DNA of 64,000 nt from an uncultured Lentisphaeraceae bacterium (GCA_949288955.1 CASEMS010000016.1:4379-68378); one strand, 5' to 3'; counted from the first letter of the stretch, positions 1 to 10,369 are shown. The notes: generated by a model from the letters alone, not told the origin. Translations and numbers: made by a program.

Positions 1-552
1 GGCGAAGTCGCCCACCCCCTCCTTGTCGTACTCATCGGCGTCGATCCGCACGCCGCTGCGCAGGGCCGAGCGGTCGAGGTGCGCCAACCGGCCGTAGCCC
101 GGGAAGCGGTCCACGCTGAAATAGACCGAGCCATCCTCGCTCTTGTAGGCGATGCCCCGGTCGAAAAGCGCCTGGATGAGCGCCTCCATCTCCGGGATGT
201 GGTCGGTTGCCGCGGGATAGACCGCCGCCGGCTCCACGTTCAGCGCCTTGAGATCCTCGAAGAAGGCCGCGATGTAGGGCCGCGTGTAGTCCCTGAGCGG
301 CACGCCCGCCTGCCGCGAGCCGCGGATCGTCTTGTCGTCCACGTCCGTCAGGTTCATCACCTGGCGCACCTCATAACCCGCGAACTCCAACGTCCGCCGC
401 AGGAGATCCTCGAAAAGGTAGGCGCGGAAGTTGCCGATGTGCGCGAAGTTGTAGACCGTCGGCCCGCAGGTGTACATCCCCACCTTGCCCGGCGCCAAGG
501 TCGTGAACGGCTCGACCTGCCGCGTCATCGAATTGTAAAAGCGCAAATCCAT
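1..552 (-). CDS. cysS: cysteine--tRNA ligase, N-terminal part (gene runs off the window start)
   Basis: Manual reverse translation from the ATG at 552 gives MDLRFYNSMTRQVEPFTTLAPGKVGMYTCGPTVYNFAHIGNFRAYLFEDLLRRTLEFAGYEVRQVMNLTDVDDKTI... This has a HIGH-type motif (HIGN) and a typical CysRS N-terminus. It is absent from the ORF track because it leaves the window. The + strand ORF 79..576 is its antisense shadow. Confidence 0.9.
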   Translation of the reverse strand, partial: MDLRFYNSMTRQVEPFTTLAPGKVGMYTCGPTVYNFAHIGNFRAYLFEDLLRRTLEFAGYEVRQVMNLTDVDDKTIRGSRQAGVPLRDYTRPYIAAFFEDLKALNVEPAAVYPAATDHIPEMEALIQALFDRGIAYKSEDGSVYFSVDRFPGYGRLAHLDRSALRSGVRIDADEYDKEGVGDFA

Positions 553-577
553 CGCAGTCCCTTTCTCTTGGCCTGAC

Positions 578-586
578 AGTATACCA
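578..586 (-). promoter_or_regulatory. predicted extended -10 promoter (TGGTATACT) for cysS
   Basis: The reverse complement of agtatacca at 578..586 reads TGgTATACT, about 26 nt upstream of the cysS ATG. The same TGnTAT..T pattern recurs upstream of many genes in this window. Confidence 0.4.
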
Positions 587-611
587 TATCGCCAGGACAG
601 CTGACGCGCCC

Positions 612-1195
612 GGCACGCGAAGGGGGGGATCACAAAGGCCACGAAGGGGGACACGGAGGCGCACGAAGCACGACGGGGGATACAATCACAAAGAACACAA
701 CGGGCACAAAGGGGGCGCGGGCGTGGCCCGCGCAGGACTGGATGGACGGCGAGGGGAACCGCAGATTGCGCGGATTGGGGCGGATTGGGGGTCGGCTACC
801 GCCGACAGGACTGCCAGGAGGGAGACCACGGAGAGCACGAAGGGGGACACGGAGGCGCACGAAGCACGACGGGGACAATCACAACGGGCACAAAGGGCAC
901 AACGGGGCGCGGGCGTGGCCCGCGCAGGACTGCCAGAACGCCCGACAGGCACAGCAGGGCGGGGGGACTCACTTGGGCAGCGTGGGAGGCGAGGGCGGTA
1001 GGGAGCGGTCAGCGGGCGAAGCCCGCAGAGCGACCGGCGGAGCCCGCAAGCCTCCCGCGCCACCTTGCGTCTTTGCGGTCTCCCCAAGGAGGCTCGGCGG
1101 CTGAGTCTCCTTGGGTCAGCGGCTGATCGGCTTTGGATCGGCGGCTGACTCACCTTGGGTCAGCGGCTGAGCCGAAGTGGGTCAGCCGCCGAGGC
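612..1195. repeat. composite intergenic repeat locus R1 (inverted copy of R2)
   Basis: Exact 39-nt duplicate cacgaagggggacacggaggcgcacgaagcacgacgggg at 640..678 and 836..874 (196-bp offset). GC hairpin gcgcgggcgtggcccgcgc at 715..733 and 907..925. CACAAMGGG short repeats. A 22-bp-phased array of five units at about 1088..1195. Region 750..1195 is the reverse complement of 11029..11545, with about 95 percent identity over the stretches I aligned by eye. Confidence 0.85.
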
Positions 1196-1242
1196 GCCGG
1201 GGCGCCGGGGCTTTGGGTTCGCGTGTTTGGGGGGCGGGGCGC

Positions 1243-1274
1243 AAAAAAAAAGCCCCCGGCGGGGGCCGGGGGCT
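1243..1274 (-). terminator. intrinsic terminator (second of two) downstream of rpsT
   Basis: On the minus strand: agcccccggcccccgccgggggct stem-loop (9-bp GC stem) followed by a run of 9 T. Confidence 0.7.
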
Positions 1275-1286
1275 GATGGGATGGGC

Positions 1287-1326
1287 AAAAAGAAGCCATC
1301 GGGCGCGAGGGTCGCGCGCCCGATGG
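1287..1326 (-). terminator. intrinsic terminator (first) downstream of rpsT
   Basis: On the minus strand: ccatcgggcgcg / cgcgcccgatgg 12-bp stem followed by gcttcttttt. Confidence 0.6.
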
Positions 1327-1354
1327 GGAATCGCCCGGGAGGAGGGGGCCGGCC

Positions 1355-1618
1355 TTAGGCCATCTTGGCGTAGGCTTGGGCGGAGCGCGACTTTTTGCGG
1401 TCGGCGGTGTTGTGCTTGATGACGCCCTTCTTGGCGGCCTTGTCCAGCTTGGAGGCGTAGACGGAGACGGCGGCGAAGGCGGCGGTCTTGTCGCCCGAGG
1501 CGATCGAGGCCTCCATCTTCTTGCGGTAGGTCAGCAGCTCGCTCTTCACCGAGCGGTTGCGGAGGTTGGCCTTGGCGGCGGTTTTGACGCGCTTGGCGGC
1601 GCTCTTGATGTTCGGCAT
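1355..1618 (-). CDS. rpsT: 30S ribosomal protein S20
   Basis: MPNIKSAAKRVKTAAKANLRNRSVKSELLTYRKKMEASIASGDKTAAFAAVSVYASKLDKAAKKGVIKHNTADRKKSRSAQAYAKMA is a typical S20. This uses an internal ATG of track ORF 1355..1696. Confidence 0.93.
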   Translation of the reverse strand: MPNIKSAAKRVKTAAKANLRNRSVKSELLTYRKKMEASIASGDKTAAFAAVSVYASKLDKAAKKGVIKHNTADRKKSRSAQAYAKMA

Positions 1619-1691
1619 GATGTGTCCTTGCTTTCTAAAGACTGTCCCGGGGGGCCCGTCCGTGGGCCGCTTCCCCTTCCATGAAGCACGT

Positions 1692-1700
1692 AACATACCA
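1692..1700 (-). promoter_or_regulatory. predicted extended -10 promoter (TGGTATGTT) for rpsT
   Basis: The reverse complement of aacatacca reads TGgTATGTT, about 75 nt upstream of the rpsT ATG. Confidence 0.35.
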
Positions 1701-1832
1701 CATCCCAGGGGAGAAATGCAAGCGGCCCCCCGCCCGGCGGCGTGCGGGGGTGGGGACGGCTTAGAGCGGGTCTCGTGGCGGCGTTGTGCGCGTCGCGGGT
1801 GTGCTTAGAGCGGGTCTTGGCGGAAAAGGGGG

Positions 1833-1861
1833 TTGACGGGGGCGCGGGGGTGGGCTATACT
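1833..1861 (+). promoter_or_regulatory. sigma70-type promoter for the HU-like/efflux operon
   Basis: TTGACG (1833..1838), 17-nt spacer, TATACT (1856..1861). GGAGG Shine-Dalgarno at 1875..1879 and ATG at 1886. Confidence 0.55.
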
Positions 1862-1885
1862 GGGGGCGAACATTGGAGGTCTGCC

Positions 1886-2302
1886 ATGGAACGCGAGGAT
1901 GCCAAGGCCCCTGAGGGCGTGCAGTACATCGTCCACCCGACGCCGCCGGACGCGCGGGGGCGGCGGCAGTGGTGCGCGCACCCGGTGACGCGCAAGACCT
2001 ATTCGCAGGAGGAGCTGGCGGCGTATGTGGCGGCGCGGGAGCCGTTGCTGAGCGCGGCGACGGTGCTGTTCGTGCAGCAGGTGGTGCATGACGCGGTGAA
2101 GGAGATCCTGCGGCGGGGGGACAGCGTGGCGTTCCAGAACCTTTTCACGATGCAGCTCTCCATCTCGGGCACCTTCGAGGAGGGGGGGCGGCCGGACCCG
2201 GCCAAGGGGAATGTGCTGAAGCCGCGGGTGCGCATCGCGCCGGCCTTCATCAAGGAGCTGAACAAGGGCATCGCCTTCGTGCCGAAGGAGGGGACGCCAT
2301 GA
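1886..2302 (+). CDS. HU-family-like DNA-binding protein (Bacteroidota-style HU_HIG-like)
   Basis: MEREDAKAPEGVQYIVHP...TYSQEELAAYVAAREPLLSAATVLFVQQVVHDAVKEILRRGDSVAFQNLFTMQLSISGTFEE...LKPRVRIAPAFIKELNKGIAF matches my recollection of the long HU-like family pattern. Its stop overlaps the next ATG (ATGA at 2299..2302). Confidence 0.6.
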   Translation: MEREDAKAPEGVQYIVHPTPPDARGRRQWCAHPVTRKTYSQEELAAYVAAREPLLSAATVLFVQQVVHDAVKEILRRGDSVAFQNLFTMQLSISGTFEEGGRPDPAKGNVLKPRVRIAPAFIKELNKGIAFVPKEGTP

Positions 2303-3768
2303 GGCCGTGGCTGTGGTTGGGCGTGGCGGCGGCGTGGTGCGCGGGGTGCGCGCCGGGCCTGGATGAGCGTTTGGAGGCGGCGCGGGCCTATCAGGTGGGG
2401 AAGGCGGAGGAGACGGCGGACTTCTTCGGGGGGCGCACGGCGCCGCTGACGTTGCCGGAGTGCCGGGCGTGGGCGCGGGAGCGGACGTTGAAGCTGACGC
2501 AGGCGCGGTTGGACGCGAGCCTGGCGCGGATCCAGGGCACGGCGGCCTTCTCGGCCTTCCTGCCGCAGGTGGAGTGGAGCTACCAGCGCTCGGGCACGGA
2601 CAAGACGCTGCGGACGAACGTGCCCGCGCTGGGCCTCTCGGTGCAGATGCAGGATAAGTGGGTGACGCAGTCGGCGCTGACCATCAGCCAGCCGGTCTTC
2701 GCCCCGAACGCCTGGTTGCTGTGGTTGGCGGCGCGGCGCGGCGCGGATTTGCAGGCGCTCACGGCGGCGCGCAACGAGGAGATGCTCGACGTGCAGGTGG
2801 CGACGCTCTTCTATCAGGCCGCCGTCGCCGCCCGCACCATCGCGGCCTACGACGCGCAGGCGGAGGCCTCCGCCGAGTTGGTGCGCCAGATCGGCGCGTT
2901 GGAGGCCGAGGGGTTGGCGCTGCGGGGGGAGGCGGCGCGGGCGCGGGCCTTCCACGAGAATGACCGTTACAACGCGCGGGTGGCGCGGGACAACGCCTTC
3001 GCGGCGAAGGCGAACCTGCTGGATCTGCTGAATCTGCACCCGCTCTCGGAGGCCGCGCCGCCGCTCGACGGCGAGAGCCTGTTGGCGGTGCGGGCGTTGC
3101 CGTGGGGGGTGATGGGCGAGGATGGGGGGTGGGCGCCGCTGGGGCGGGAGGCGGCGTTGGCCCTGCCTTTGGAGGAGTGGCTGTGGACGGCCCTCGTGGC
3201 CCGCAGGGAGATGTGGGCCGGCGACCTCGCCATCGCCTTGCGCAAGGTGGAGGCGTTGGCGGCGCTGGCGCATTTCCTGCCGACGCTCTCGGTGACCGGC
3301 GGCAGGGCCTACGCGGGGAGCGACTTCGTCACGCCGCACAGCTATCTGACCGGCGGCATCGGCGGGGTGATGAGCGTCTTCGACGGGCTACGCTCCATCG
3401 CCGATTACCAGGCGGCGCGGGCGCGGGAGCGGGCCGCCTACGCCCTGCGCGAGGACGCGGCCGCCACGTTGATGGTCTCGGTGTGGCAGGCGTGGACGAA
3501 CTGGCGCCAGGCGCGGGAGCTGCGGGCCGTCGCCACCGCCGCCCGCGAGGCCGCCGAGGTGGACTACGCCGAGACGCGGGCGCGGTATGAGAGCGACCAA
3601 GAGACGCTCTCGGAGGTGCTCGACAAGTTCTCCGCGTTGGAGCAGGCGCGGATCGACGCGGTGGCCTCGGAGTACGCGGACGCCTTGGCGGAGTTCGTCT
3701 TCCGGGACACGGTCGGTCTGGGGTGGGGGAAGGTGCTGGAGGGGGAGGATTCGGAGGTGCAGGAATGA
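2299..3768 (+). CDS. outer membrane efflux protein (TolC/OMF family lipoprotein)
   Basis: Lipoprotein-type signal MRPWLWLGVAAAWCAGC. About 490 aa with the two-repeat helical OMF character. Sits directly upstream of MFP and RND genes, and its stop overlaps the MFP ATG at 3765. Confidence 0.8.
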   Translation: MRPWLWLGVAAAWCAGCAPGLDERLEAARAYQVGKAEETADFFGGRTAPLTLPECRAWARERTLKLTQARLDASLARIQGTAAFSAFLPQVEWSYQRSGTDKTLRTNVPALGLSVQMQDKWVTQSALTISQPVFAPNAWLLWLAARRGADLQALTAARNEEMLDVQVATLFYQAAVAARTIAAYDAQAEASAELVRQIGALEAEGLALRGEAARARAFHENDRYNARVARDNAFAAKANLLDLLNLHPLSEAAPPLDGESLLAVRALPWGVMGEDGGWAPLGREAALALPLEEWLWTALVARREMWAGDLAIALRKVEALAALAHFLPTLSVTGGRAYAGSDFVTPHSYLTGGIGGVMSVFDGLRSIADYQAARARERAAYALREDAAATLMVSVWQAWTNWRQARELRAVATAAREAAEVDYAETRARYESDQETLSEVLDKFSALEQARIDAVASEYADALAEFVFRDTVGLGWGKVLEGEDSEVQE

Positions 3769-4898
3769 GGCAGTGGGCATGGATCGTGGTCGCGGCGGCG
3801 TTGGCCGGCTGCGCGAAGGAAGAGGCGGCGCCGCGGACGGAGAGCCGCCCGCGGGTGCGTGTGTGCGCGCTGACGCCGGGGCTGACCTTCGAGGACGCGG
3901 CGGTGGTGCAGGGCAGCGTCCGCACGAAGTTCACCGCCGCCGTCGCCTCGCGTCTGCCTGGGACGGTGGACGAGGTGCTCGCCGATGAGGGCGACGTGGT
4001 GAAGGCCGGGCAGCCGCTCTTCCAGGTGGATCGCGTGAATCTGGAGAACCAGGTGGCCATCGCGAAGGACGACCAGGCCGTCGCCCGGGCCGCGCGGGAG
4101 GAGGCCCTCGCCGCGCAGGCGGAGGCGGAGGCCGCCCACGCCAAGGCGGAGACCGACGCCACGCGCTTCCGCCGCCTCTACAACGAGTCGCGCTCCGTCA
4201 CCAAGGACGCCTGGGAGAAGGCCGAGTTGCAGCTGCGCTCCGCCGCCGCCGCGCTCGCCCGCGCCAAGGCCGCCGTCGCCACCGCCGATGCCAAGATCCT
4301 CCAGGCGGCCACCGCCCTGCGCATCGCCGAGAAGAACCTGGCTGACTCGCGCGGGCTGGCGCCCTTCGATGGCGTCATCACGCAGAAGTTGCAGGACCGC
4401 GGGGACTATGTTGGCGCGGGCACCCCCATCTTCATGCTCGACGATCCGCGCGTCCGCGAGCTCTGCCTCACCCTCACCGCCGACCGCTACGCCGATGTGG
4501 CGGTGGGCAAGACGTTGGTGGCGGCGGACTTCGGGCAGGAGCTGCCGGTAACCTACAAGGCCCCCACCGTCAACCCGCTGACGCGCACCTTCGAGTTGCG
4601 CGCCGTTACCAAGCCCGACCCCGCCGTGGCGCCGGGGATGCTCTGCGGCGCGCGCATCGTCTTCGCGCGGCGCACGGGCTTCGGTCTGCCCGCGGGGGCG
4701 GTGGCCCTGCGCGGCGGGCGGGAGGTGGCCTTCGTGGTGGGGGATGACGGCGTGGTCGTGGCGGTGGAGGCCAAGCGCGGCGCCTCCGCCGGCGGCATGG
4801 TCGAGATCCTCAACCCCGAGGCCTTCGAGGGCAAGCGCGTCGTGGCCGAGGGGATGCTTCTGCTGAACCCCGGCGACGCCGTGCAGGCCGTGGAGTGA
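3765..4898 (+). CDS. efflux RND periplasmic adaptor (MFP/HlyD family)
   Basis: MRQWAWIVVAAALAGCAKEE lipoprotein signal, a coiled-coil alanine-rich hairpin and barrel domains. Positioned between the OMF and RND pump genes. Confidence 0.85.
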   Translation: MRQWAWIVVAAALAGCAKEEAAPRTESRPRVRVCALTPGLTFEDAAVVQGSVRTKFTAAVASRLPGTVDEVLADEGDVVKAGQPLFQVDRVNLENQVAIAKDDQAVARAAREEALAAQAEAEAAHAKAETDATRFRRLYNESRSVTKDAWEKAELQLRSAAAALARAKAAVATADAKILQAATALRIAEKNLADSRGLAPFDGVITQKLQDRGDYVGAGTPIFMLDDPRVRELCLTLTADRYADVAVGKTLVAADFGQELPVTYKAPTVNPLTRTFELRAVTKPDPAVAPGMLCGARIVFARRTGFGLPAGAVALRGGREVAFVVGDDGVVVAVEAKRGASAGGMVEILNPEAFEGKRVVAEGMLLLNPGDAVQAVE

Positions 4899-4914
4899 CG
4901 GAAGGGAGGCGCCC

Positions 4915-7900
4915 ATGTTCCTCGCAGACGCATCCGTCAGACGCCCCATCGCGATGAGCGTGCTCATCATCATGCTCTCCTTCCTGGGCGTGATGTCCCT
5001 CCGCAACCTGGGCAACGACCTGCTCCCGACGGTCGACGTCCCCTACGTTACCATCTCCGTCACCTACTCCGGCGCCTCGCCCGACGAGATCGAGACCTCC
5101 ATCACCCGCAAGATCGAGGATGCCATCTCGCAGGTGGAGGGCATCAAGCATATCTCCTCCACCTGCCTCAACAATTTCACCCAGGTGCTCATCGAGTTCG
5201 AGCTTGACCGCGACGTCGACGTCGCCGCCACCGACGTCCGCGAGAAGATCGACCTCATCCTCGACGAGCTGCCCGAGGACGCCGAGGAGCCCGAGATCCT
5301 CAAGTACGACATCAACGCCACCCCCGTCGTTACCATGGTGCTCAAGGCCAAGGGCGACACCCTCGCAGGGGCCACCCCCGAGCAGACCGAGGCCTTCGTC
5401 GACGAGCTCTACGACTACGCCGACGACACGCTGAGCGACCGCTTCTCCTCCCTCGCCGGCGTCGCGAGCGTCGACCTCATCGGCGGCATGGAGCGCGAGG
5501 TGCTCGTGGAGGTCGACCGCGGCAAGCTCGCCGGCCGGGGCCTCTCCATGGCCGACGTCGTCCAAGCCGTCGGCCAAGGCAACACCAAGATCCCCATGGG
5601 CCAGATCGACGCCGCCGGCCGCGAGATCTCCCTGACCTTCGATGGCGAGGCCGACGTGCCCGAGGCGTTGGGCGACATCCAGGTGGGCGTTGTCCAAGGC
5701 CAGCGCGTCTACCTCCGCGACGTCGCCGACTTCCGCTTCGGCACCGAGCGCGTAACCTCCCGCTCCTTCTACGACGGCGAGCCGTGCGTAACCATGAAGG
5801 TCACCAAGAAGGGCGACGCCAACGGCACCCAGGTCGTCGCCGCCGTCGCGCGCGCCGCCCAGGCGCTCGAAGGCACCCTCCCCGGCGGCATGGAGCTGGT
5901 CTGGTTCCGCGACGACGGCTCCTACATCAACGCCACCGTGCGCGACGGCTTCGTCTCCGTCTGGCAGGGCGTCCTCCTTACCGGCCTCGTCCTCCTCCTC
6001 TTCCTGGCCGACGTGCGGACCGCCTTCGCAGCCTTCGTCTCCATCCCCGTCACCATGCTTGTTACCGCGGGCGTCTTCCCCCTCTTTGGCTACACCTTCA
6101 ACATCATCACCATGTGCGCGGTGGGCATCTCGGTGGGCATTTTGGTGGCCAACTCCATCGTCGTGCTGGAGAACATCGGCGCGGAGTTCGCCAAGCGCCG
6201 CGGCACCCGCTACGAGGTCGGCCCCGTCGTCGCCTCCGCCACCAGCTACGTCGCCCTGGCGGTCGCGGCCTCGGCCCTCACCAACGTGGTCGTCTTCCTC
6301 CCCATCGCCACGATGTCCTCGCTGGCGGGCAAGTTCCTTTCGCCCTTCGCGGTGGTGGTGACGGTGGCGACCTTCGCCTCGCTGCTCATCTCCTTCACGC
6401 TCACGCCCATCCTGGCGATGGTTACCACGCACTGGGGCGAGCGGTGGCTCAACCCCGCGCTGGCCTGGCTTCTCCGCCCCTGGGCCTGGTTCTACAAGCG
6501 TCTGGAGCGCGCCTACGTCCGCTCCGTCAAATGGGTCGCCCGCGCGCCGTGGGCCTTCCTCGGCATCGCCACCGGCCTCACCGTCCTGGGTTTCGCCTAC
6601 TTTCCCTCCCGCGTCGAGATGGACTTCGTCCCCGAGATCGACCAAGGCGATGTTACCATCCGCCTCGAATATCCCGCCGACTGCAACCTCCGCCGCTGCA
6701 TCGAGCGCACCACCGCCATCGCCCGCCGCCTCCTTGCCGACGAGACCGCCGTCACCCACACCAACATCAACTGCGGCAAGGTCCAAGGCCAGATGGGCAC
6801 CGTCTCCGAAGGCCCCTACCTCGCCGAGGTCAACCTCCGCCTCACCCCCATGACCGAGCGCCCCGACGACCCCATCGGCGCCATCCGCGCCCGCCTTCGC
6901 GCCCGCCTCGCCGACGAGCCGGACTGCATCTATTCCGTGCTCATCCCCTCCGCCGCCGGCGGCGCCAGCCAGGACATCGCCCAATACGTCAAGGGCCCCG
7001 ACCTCGACGTCCTGGATCAGGCCGGGCTCAGGATGGCCAAGGCCTTCGCCGCCGACCCCGTCAATACCGACGTCGCCTCCTCCATCCGCCCCGGCCGCCC
7101 CGAGGTCCGCTTCCTCCCCGACCGCGCCGTCCTCCACGACCTCGGCCTTCCCGCCGCCACCCTCGGCCAAGCCCTTCGCGCCGACGTCGCGGGCCTCGAA
7201 CAGACCGTCTACAAGCGCGGCGACCGCTCCTACGACATCCGCGTCCGCTACAAGCAGATCGACGGCGAGGCCCAACTCCCCGCGCTCGACCTCCCCGGCC
7301 CCGACGGCCTCCCCACCCCCATCGGCGCCGTCGCCGAGCTCCGCGAGGGCCTCCAACCCACCATCATCAACCGCTACGACAAGTCCCGCACCGTCGTCCT
7401 CTACGCCAACGCCGCCCGCGGCCACGGCATGGGCACCGCCCTCGCCCACCAGGCCGAGGCCATCCGTGCGAACCTCCCGCCCGGCTGCTCCGCCACCATC
7501 GGCGGCATGGCCGAGAAGATGAACGAGACCTTCGCCGAGTTCGCCACCGTCTCCTTCGTCGCCATCGTCCTCACCTACCTGCTCCTCTGCGCCATGATGG
7601 AGTCCTGGACGCAGCCCTTCATCATCCTGCTCACGGTGCCCTTCTCCTACCTTGGGCTCTACCTCGCCCTCTGGCTGACCGATGAGAGCCTCTCCATGTT
7701 CGGCCTCCTCGCCGGCGTCATGCTCGTGGGCGTCGTCGTCAACGCCGCCATCCTCCTGATCGACGAGATCAACATCATCCGCCGCGCCACCGGCGCACCC
7801 AAGCACATCGCCCTCATCCGCGCCGCCAAGCGCAAGTTCCGCCCCATCCTCATGAGCTGCGTCGCCGCGCTCTTCGGGATGCTCCCCATGGCCACCGGCG

Positions 7901-8031
7901 CCGGGCTGGGCTCCGAGCTCCGCGCCTCCATCGGCATCGGCTCGGTGGGCGGCATTATCCTCTCCTCCCTCATGGCGCTCTACTTCATCCCCGCCGCCTA
8001 CCTTGTCCTCTCCCGGCGCGCCTCACGCTGA
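4915..8031 (+). CDS. RND efflux transporter permease (AcrB/HAE family)
   Basis: 1038 aa. N-terminus [49 protein letters not shown] is typical of AcrB-like pumps. 12-TM architecture with two large periplasmic loops. Confidence 0.93.
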   Translation: MFLADASVRRPIAMSVLIIMLSFLGVMSLRNLGNDLLPTVDVPYVTISVTYSGASPDEIETSITRKIEDAISQVEGIKHISSTCLNNFTQVLIEFELDRDVDVAATDVREKIDLILDELPEDAEEPEILKYDINATPVVTMVLKAKGDTLAGATPEQTEAFVDELYDYADDTLSDRFSSLAGVASVDLIGGMEREVLVEVDRGKLAGRGLSMADVVQAVGQGNTKIPMGQIDAAGREISLTFDGEADVPEALGDIQVGVVQGQRVYLRDVADFRFGTERVTSRSFYDGEPCVTMKVTKKGDANGTQVVAAVARAAQALEGTLPGGMELVWFRDDGSYINATVRDGFVSVWQGVLLTGLVLLLFLADVRTAFAAFVSIPVTMLVTAGVFPLFGYTFNIITMCAVGISVGILVANSIVVLENIGAEFAKRRGTRYEVGPVVASATSYVALAVAASALTNVVVFLPIATMSSLAGKFLSPFAVVVTVATFASLLISFTLTPILAMVTTHWGERWLNPALAWLLRPWAWFYKRLERAYVRSVKWVARAPWAFLGIATGLTVLGFAYFPSRVEMDFVPEIDQGDVTIRLEYPADCNLRRCIERTTAIARRLLADETAVTHTNINCGKVQGQMGTVSEGPYLAEVNLRLTPMTERPDDPIGAIRARLRARLADEPDCIYSVLIPSAAGGASQDIAQYVKGPDLDVLDQAGLRMAKAFAADPVNTDVASSIRPGRPEVRFLPDRAVLHDLGLPAATLGQALRADVAGLEQTVYKRGDRSYDIRVRYKQIDGEAQLPALDLPGPDGLPTPIGAVAELREGLQPTIINRYDKSRTVVLYANAARGHGMGTALAHQAEAIRANLPPGCSATIGGMAEKMNETFAEFATVSFVAIVLTYLLLCAMMESWTQPFIILLTVPFSYLGLYLALWLTDESLSMFGLLAGVMLVGVVVNAAILLIDEINIIRRATGAPKHIALIRAAKRKFRPILMSCVAALFGMLPMATGAGLGSELRASIGIGSVGGIILSSLMALYFIPAAYLVLSRRASR

Positions 8032-8080
8032 CGGATGTGCTATCATCTCCGCGTCAACCTCAACCGAAAGGAACCGAAGC

Positions 8081-8218
8081 ATGAAATACGTCTGCCAAGT
8101 GTGCGGCTACGTCTACGACCCCGCCGAGAACGACGGCATCCCCTTCGAGCAGCTCCCCGACGACTGGGTGTGCCCCACCTGCGGCGTCGGCAAGGCCGAC
8201 TTCGCCCCGGCGGAGTGA
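8081..8218 (+). CDS. rubredoxin
   Basis: [45 protein letters not shown] has two CxxCG knuckles and is a canonical rubredoxin. Confidence 0.92.
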   Translation: MKYVCQVCGYVYDPAENDGIPFEQLPDDWVCPTCGVGKADFAPAE

Positions 8219-8237
8219 GCGCGCGATCGGAACAGTC

Positions 8238-8267
8238 AGGCGGCGGGCAGTCCCGCCGCCTTTTTTT
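8238..8267 (+). terminator. intrinsic terminator after rubredoxin
   Basis: aggcggcggg cagt cccgccgcct stem-loop followed by 7 T. Confidence 0.8.
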
Positions 8268-8284
8268 GTGCCCGCGCACAGCCC

Positions 8285-10369
8285 TCAGCCTTCGGCCAAG
8301 GCGAGCGCCAACAGGGGCCAGGCGAAGCGGGCGCGGGCGGAGGCGAAGAGCGGGGCGAAGCGGGCCTCGCGCGCCTCGGGGGGGAGGGCGGCGAAGCGGC
8401 GCAGGGCGTCGGCGAGGGCGTCGGCGGAGACGTCGACCCAGAAGTCGCCGAGCTCCGGCCAGGGGGCGCCGCGCGTGCAGATGACGGGCGTGCGGCACCA
8501 GAGCGCCTCGGCCACGACAAGGCCAAAGTTCTCGCTGCGGGTGGGGAGGACCAGGCAGGCGGCGGCCTTCAGGGCGCGCGCTTTCGCCTCCCCCGCGAGC
8601 GGGCCGGGGCAGTCGATGCCGGGGCCGCTCGGCGGCGACGCGCCGTCGGCCGGGCCGGCGACGACCAACCGCCAGCCTTCCGCCGCCAACCCGCTTCGCG
8701 CCCACGCCTCGCCAAGGAGGTCGAGTCCCTTGATCGGGTGGAGCCGCCCCAAGTAAAGGAAGGTCTTTGTGCGGGGGAGGTCGGGCGCGGCGTCGAGGAG
8801 CGCGGCGTCCACGCCGTTGGGGATGACGCGGATGGGCGGGCAACGCCGCCCCAGCGCGTCGTGGAGCCATTGCGCCTCGGCCTGTGACTTCGCGCGCAGC
8901 CAGGCCGCGCCCAGGAGGTTGCGGCGGTCGAAGCACCACCAGGCGAGGGTTTTGCGGAGGCGCCCCTTGGCCAGCGAGGCCGGCCCGAGGCTCCCGCAGG
9001 GCGAGCAGACCAAGGGCACGCTCAGCCACCGCGCCCATCCCGCCGCCGCCCAGACGGGGAAGGTCCAGCAGCCGTGGACGTGCACCTGCGTGGCGCGGCG
9101 CACCAGACGCGGCAGGGCGCGGGCCATCGCCCGGGAGTGGTAGAGCGCGTTCGGGCGGCTCCGCGGGAAGACCCAGACCGTCACCCCCGCGCGGCGGCAC
9201 GCCCGCACCAAGGGATGCTCCGGCTGGCCGCCCAGGAAGGCGAGCGTAACGCGCAGCCCCTGCCGCGCCTGCGCCAACGCCGTCTCCGCCAACGACTCCG
9301 AGAGCCCGCCGCCCGCCGCCCAGCAACCGGCCGCGACGTGGAGGTGGTGGCGCGGCGGCACCCACACCTCCCCAAAGCCTTTCAGACGGCGGACGAGCGC
9401 GTCGGCCAGACGGTCGGGCGCGGTGGCCGCGAGGGGGGCGGCGTCGGCGCGGAGCGCGGGCGCGTCCTCCAAGGCCTGGATGAGGGCGGGGACGTCGCCG
9501 GGCGGCACGATGAAGCCGTTGCGCCCGGGGCGGATGAGCGGCTCGGCCGCGCCGCAGGTCTGCGTGGCGATGAGCGTCAGCCCCGCGCGGGCATACTCGG
9601 CCACCACCATGCCCCAACCGTCGAAGCGGCTCGGCAGGATGCCGCAGTCGCAGTCGGCCAGGGCCTCGTCGATCCGCTCGGGCGGGCAGACGCCCCACCG
9701 CTCCACGCGCGGGAGCCCCTCAAAGCACCCTTCCAGCGGCCCCGCCCCCACCAGGCGCAACGTGGCCTCGGGGTGGGCGGGCGCGTAGGCCGCCCAGGCG
9801 CGGGCCAGGAGGTCGGCCGCCTTCCGGCGCGTCAGCGCCCCGGCGAAGACGAAGCGGAAGCCCGCGTGCGGACGCGGCGCGGCGGGCGTCCCCGGCGTGG
9901 CGTAGGCGAAGCCGGCCAACTTGCTCCGGCGGATCCCCCACCCACGCGCCAGATCGTCCACCGCCTCGGGCCCCAGACCGAAGGCGGCGACCGCCGAGCG
10001 GTTGACGAGCGCGCCGAAGAGGCGGCGCACCGGCCACGAGCGGGCGCGCCCCTGGCTCTTCTCGGCGATGAGCGCCCACGGCTGACGGCGCAGCGCGCAG
10101 CGCAGGGCGTTGGCCCAGAAGACGGGATGCGAATAGCCGCCCAGGGTGCGCGAATCATAGTCGGGGATGGCCGCGCGCGCGGCGCGGAGGGTGCGGACGC
10201 GGCGTTCCTGCGGGTGGAGCGTGGCGGGCTCCACCCAACCCAATCGCGCGCGGTAGGCGTCGTAATGGCCGTAGTAGCAGACCTCCACGTCGTGCCCCGC
10301 CGCGCGGAGCGCGTCGATCAGCGCCCGCTGGTGAACGTTCGGGAAGATCGTCCAATAGGCCAACCTCAT
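8285..10369 (-). CDS. two-module GT-B (GT4-like) glycosyltransferase, apparently a fusion
   Basis: 694 aa from MRLAYWTIFPNVHQRALIDALRAAGHDVEV. The first GT4-like module ends near ...RRLKGFGE. The second begins HHLHVAAGCWAAGGGLSESLAETALAQARQGLRVTL and carries ...LPTRSENFGLVVAEALWCRTPVI. There is no in-frame stop between the modules. The track ORF extension 10370..10876 overlaps VanZ and is rejected. Confidence 0.8.
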   Translation of the reverse strand: MRLAYWTIFPNVHQRALIDALRAAGHDVEVCYYGHYDAYRARLGWVEPATLHPQERRVRTLRAARAAIPDYDSRTLGGYSHPVFWANALRCALRRQPWALIAEKSQGRARSWPVRRLFGALVNRSAVAAFGLGPEAVDDLARGWGIRRSKLAGFAYATPGTPAAPRPHAGFRFVFAGALTRRKAADLLARAWAAYAPAHPEATLRLVGAGPLEGCFEGLPRVERWGVCPPERIDEALADCDCGILPSRFDGWGMVVAEYARAGLTLIATQTCGAAEPLIRPGRNGFIVPPGDVPALIQALEDAPALRADAAPLAATAPDRLADALVRRLKGFGEVWVPPRHHLHVAAGCWAAGGGLSESLAETALAQARQGLRVTLAFLGGQPEHPLVRACRRAGVTVWVFPRSRPNALYHSRAMARALPRLVRRATQVHVHGCWTFPVWAAAGWARWLSVPLVCSPCGSLGPASLAKGRLRKTLAWWCFDRRNLLGAAWLRAKSQAEAQWLHDALGRRCPPIRVIPNGVDAALLDAAPDLPRTKTFLYLGRLHPIKGLDLLGEAWARSGLAAEGWRLVVAGPADGASPPSGPGIDCPGPLAGEAKARALKAAACLVLPTRSENFGLVVAEALWCRTPVICTRGAPWPELGDFWVDVSADALADALRRFAALPPEAREARFAPLFASARARFAWPLLALALAEG

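Noticed and set aside
686-1153. ORFs inside the composite repeats (for example 686..1153 minus, 723..1126 plus, 11053..11720 minus)
   Set aside because: They overlap in several frames and consist of Arg/Gly/Pro/Ala-rich junk generated by the repeat modules. The 22-bp and 9-bp periods are incompatible with a conserved reading frame.
4810-7806. 998-aa minus-strand ORF covering the RND pump gene
   Set aside because: It is Gly/Asp/Ala/Val-rich and low-complexity, and it is exactly antisense to a well-supported AcrB-like gene. This is a typical shadow ORF in high-GC DNA.
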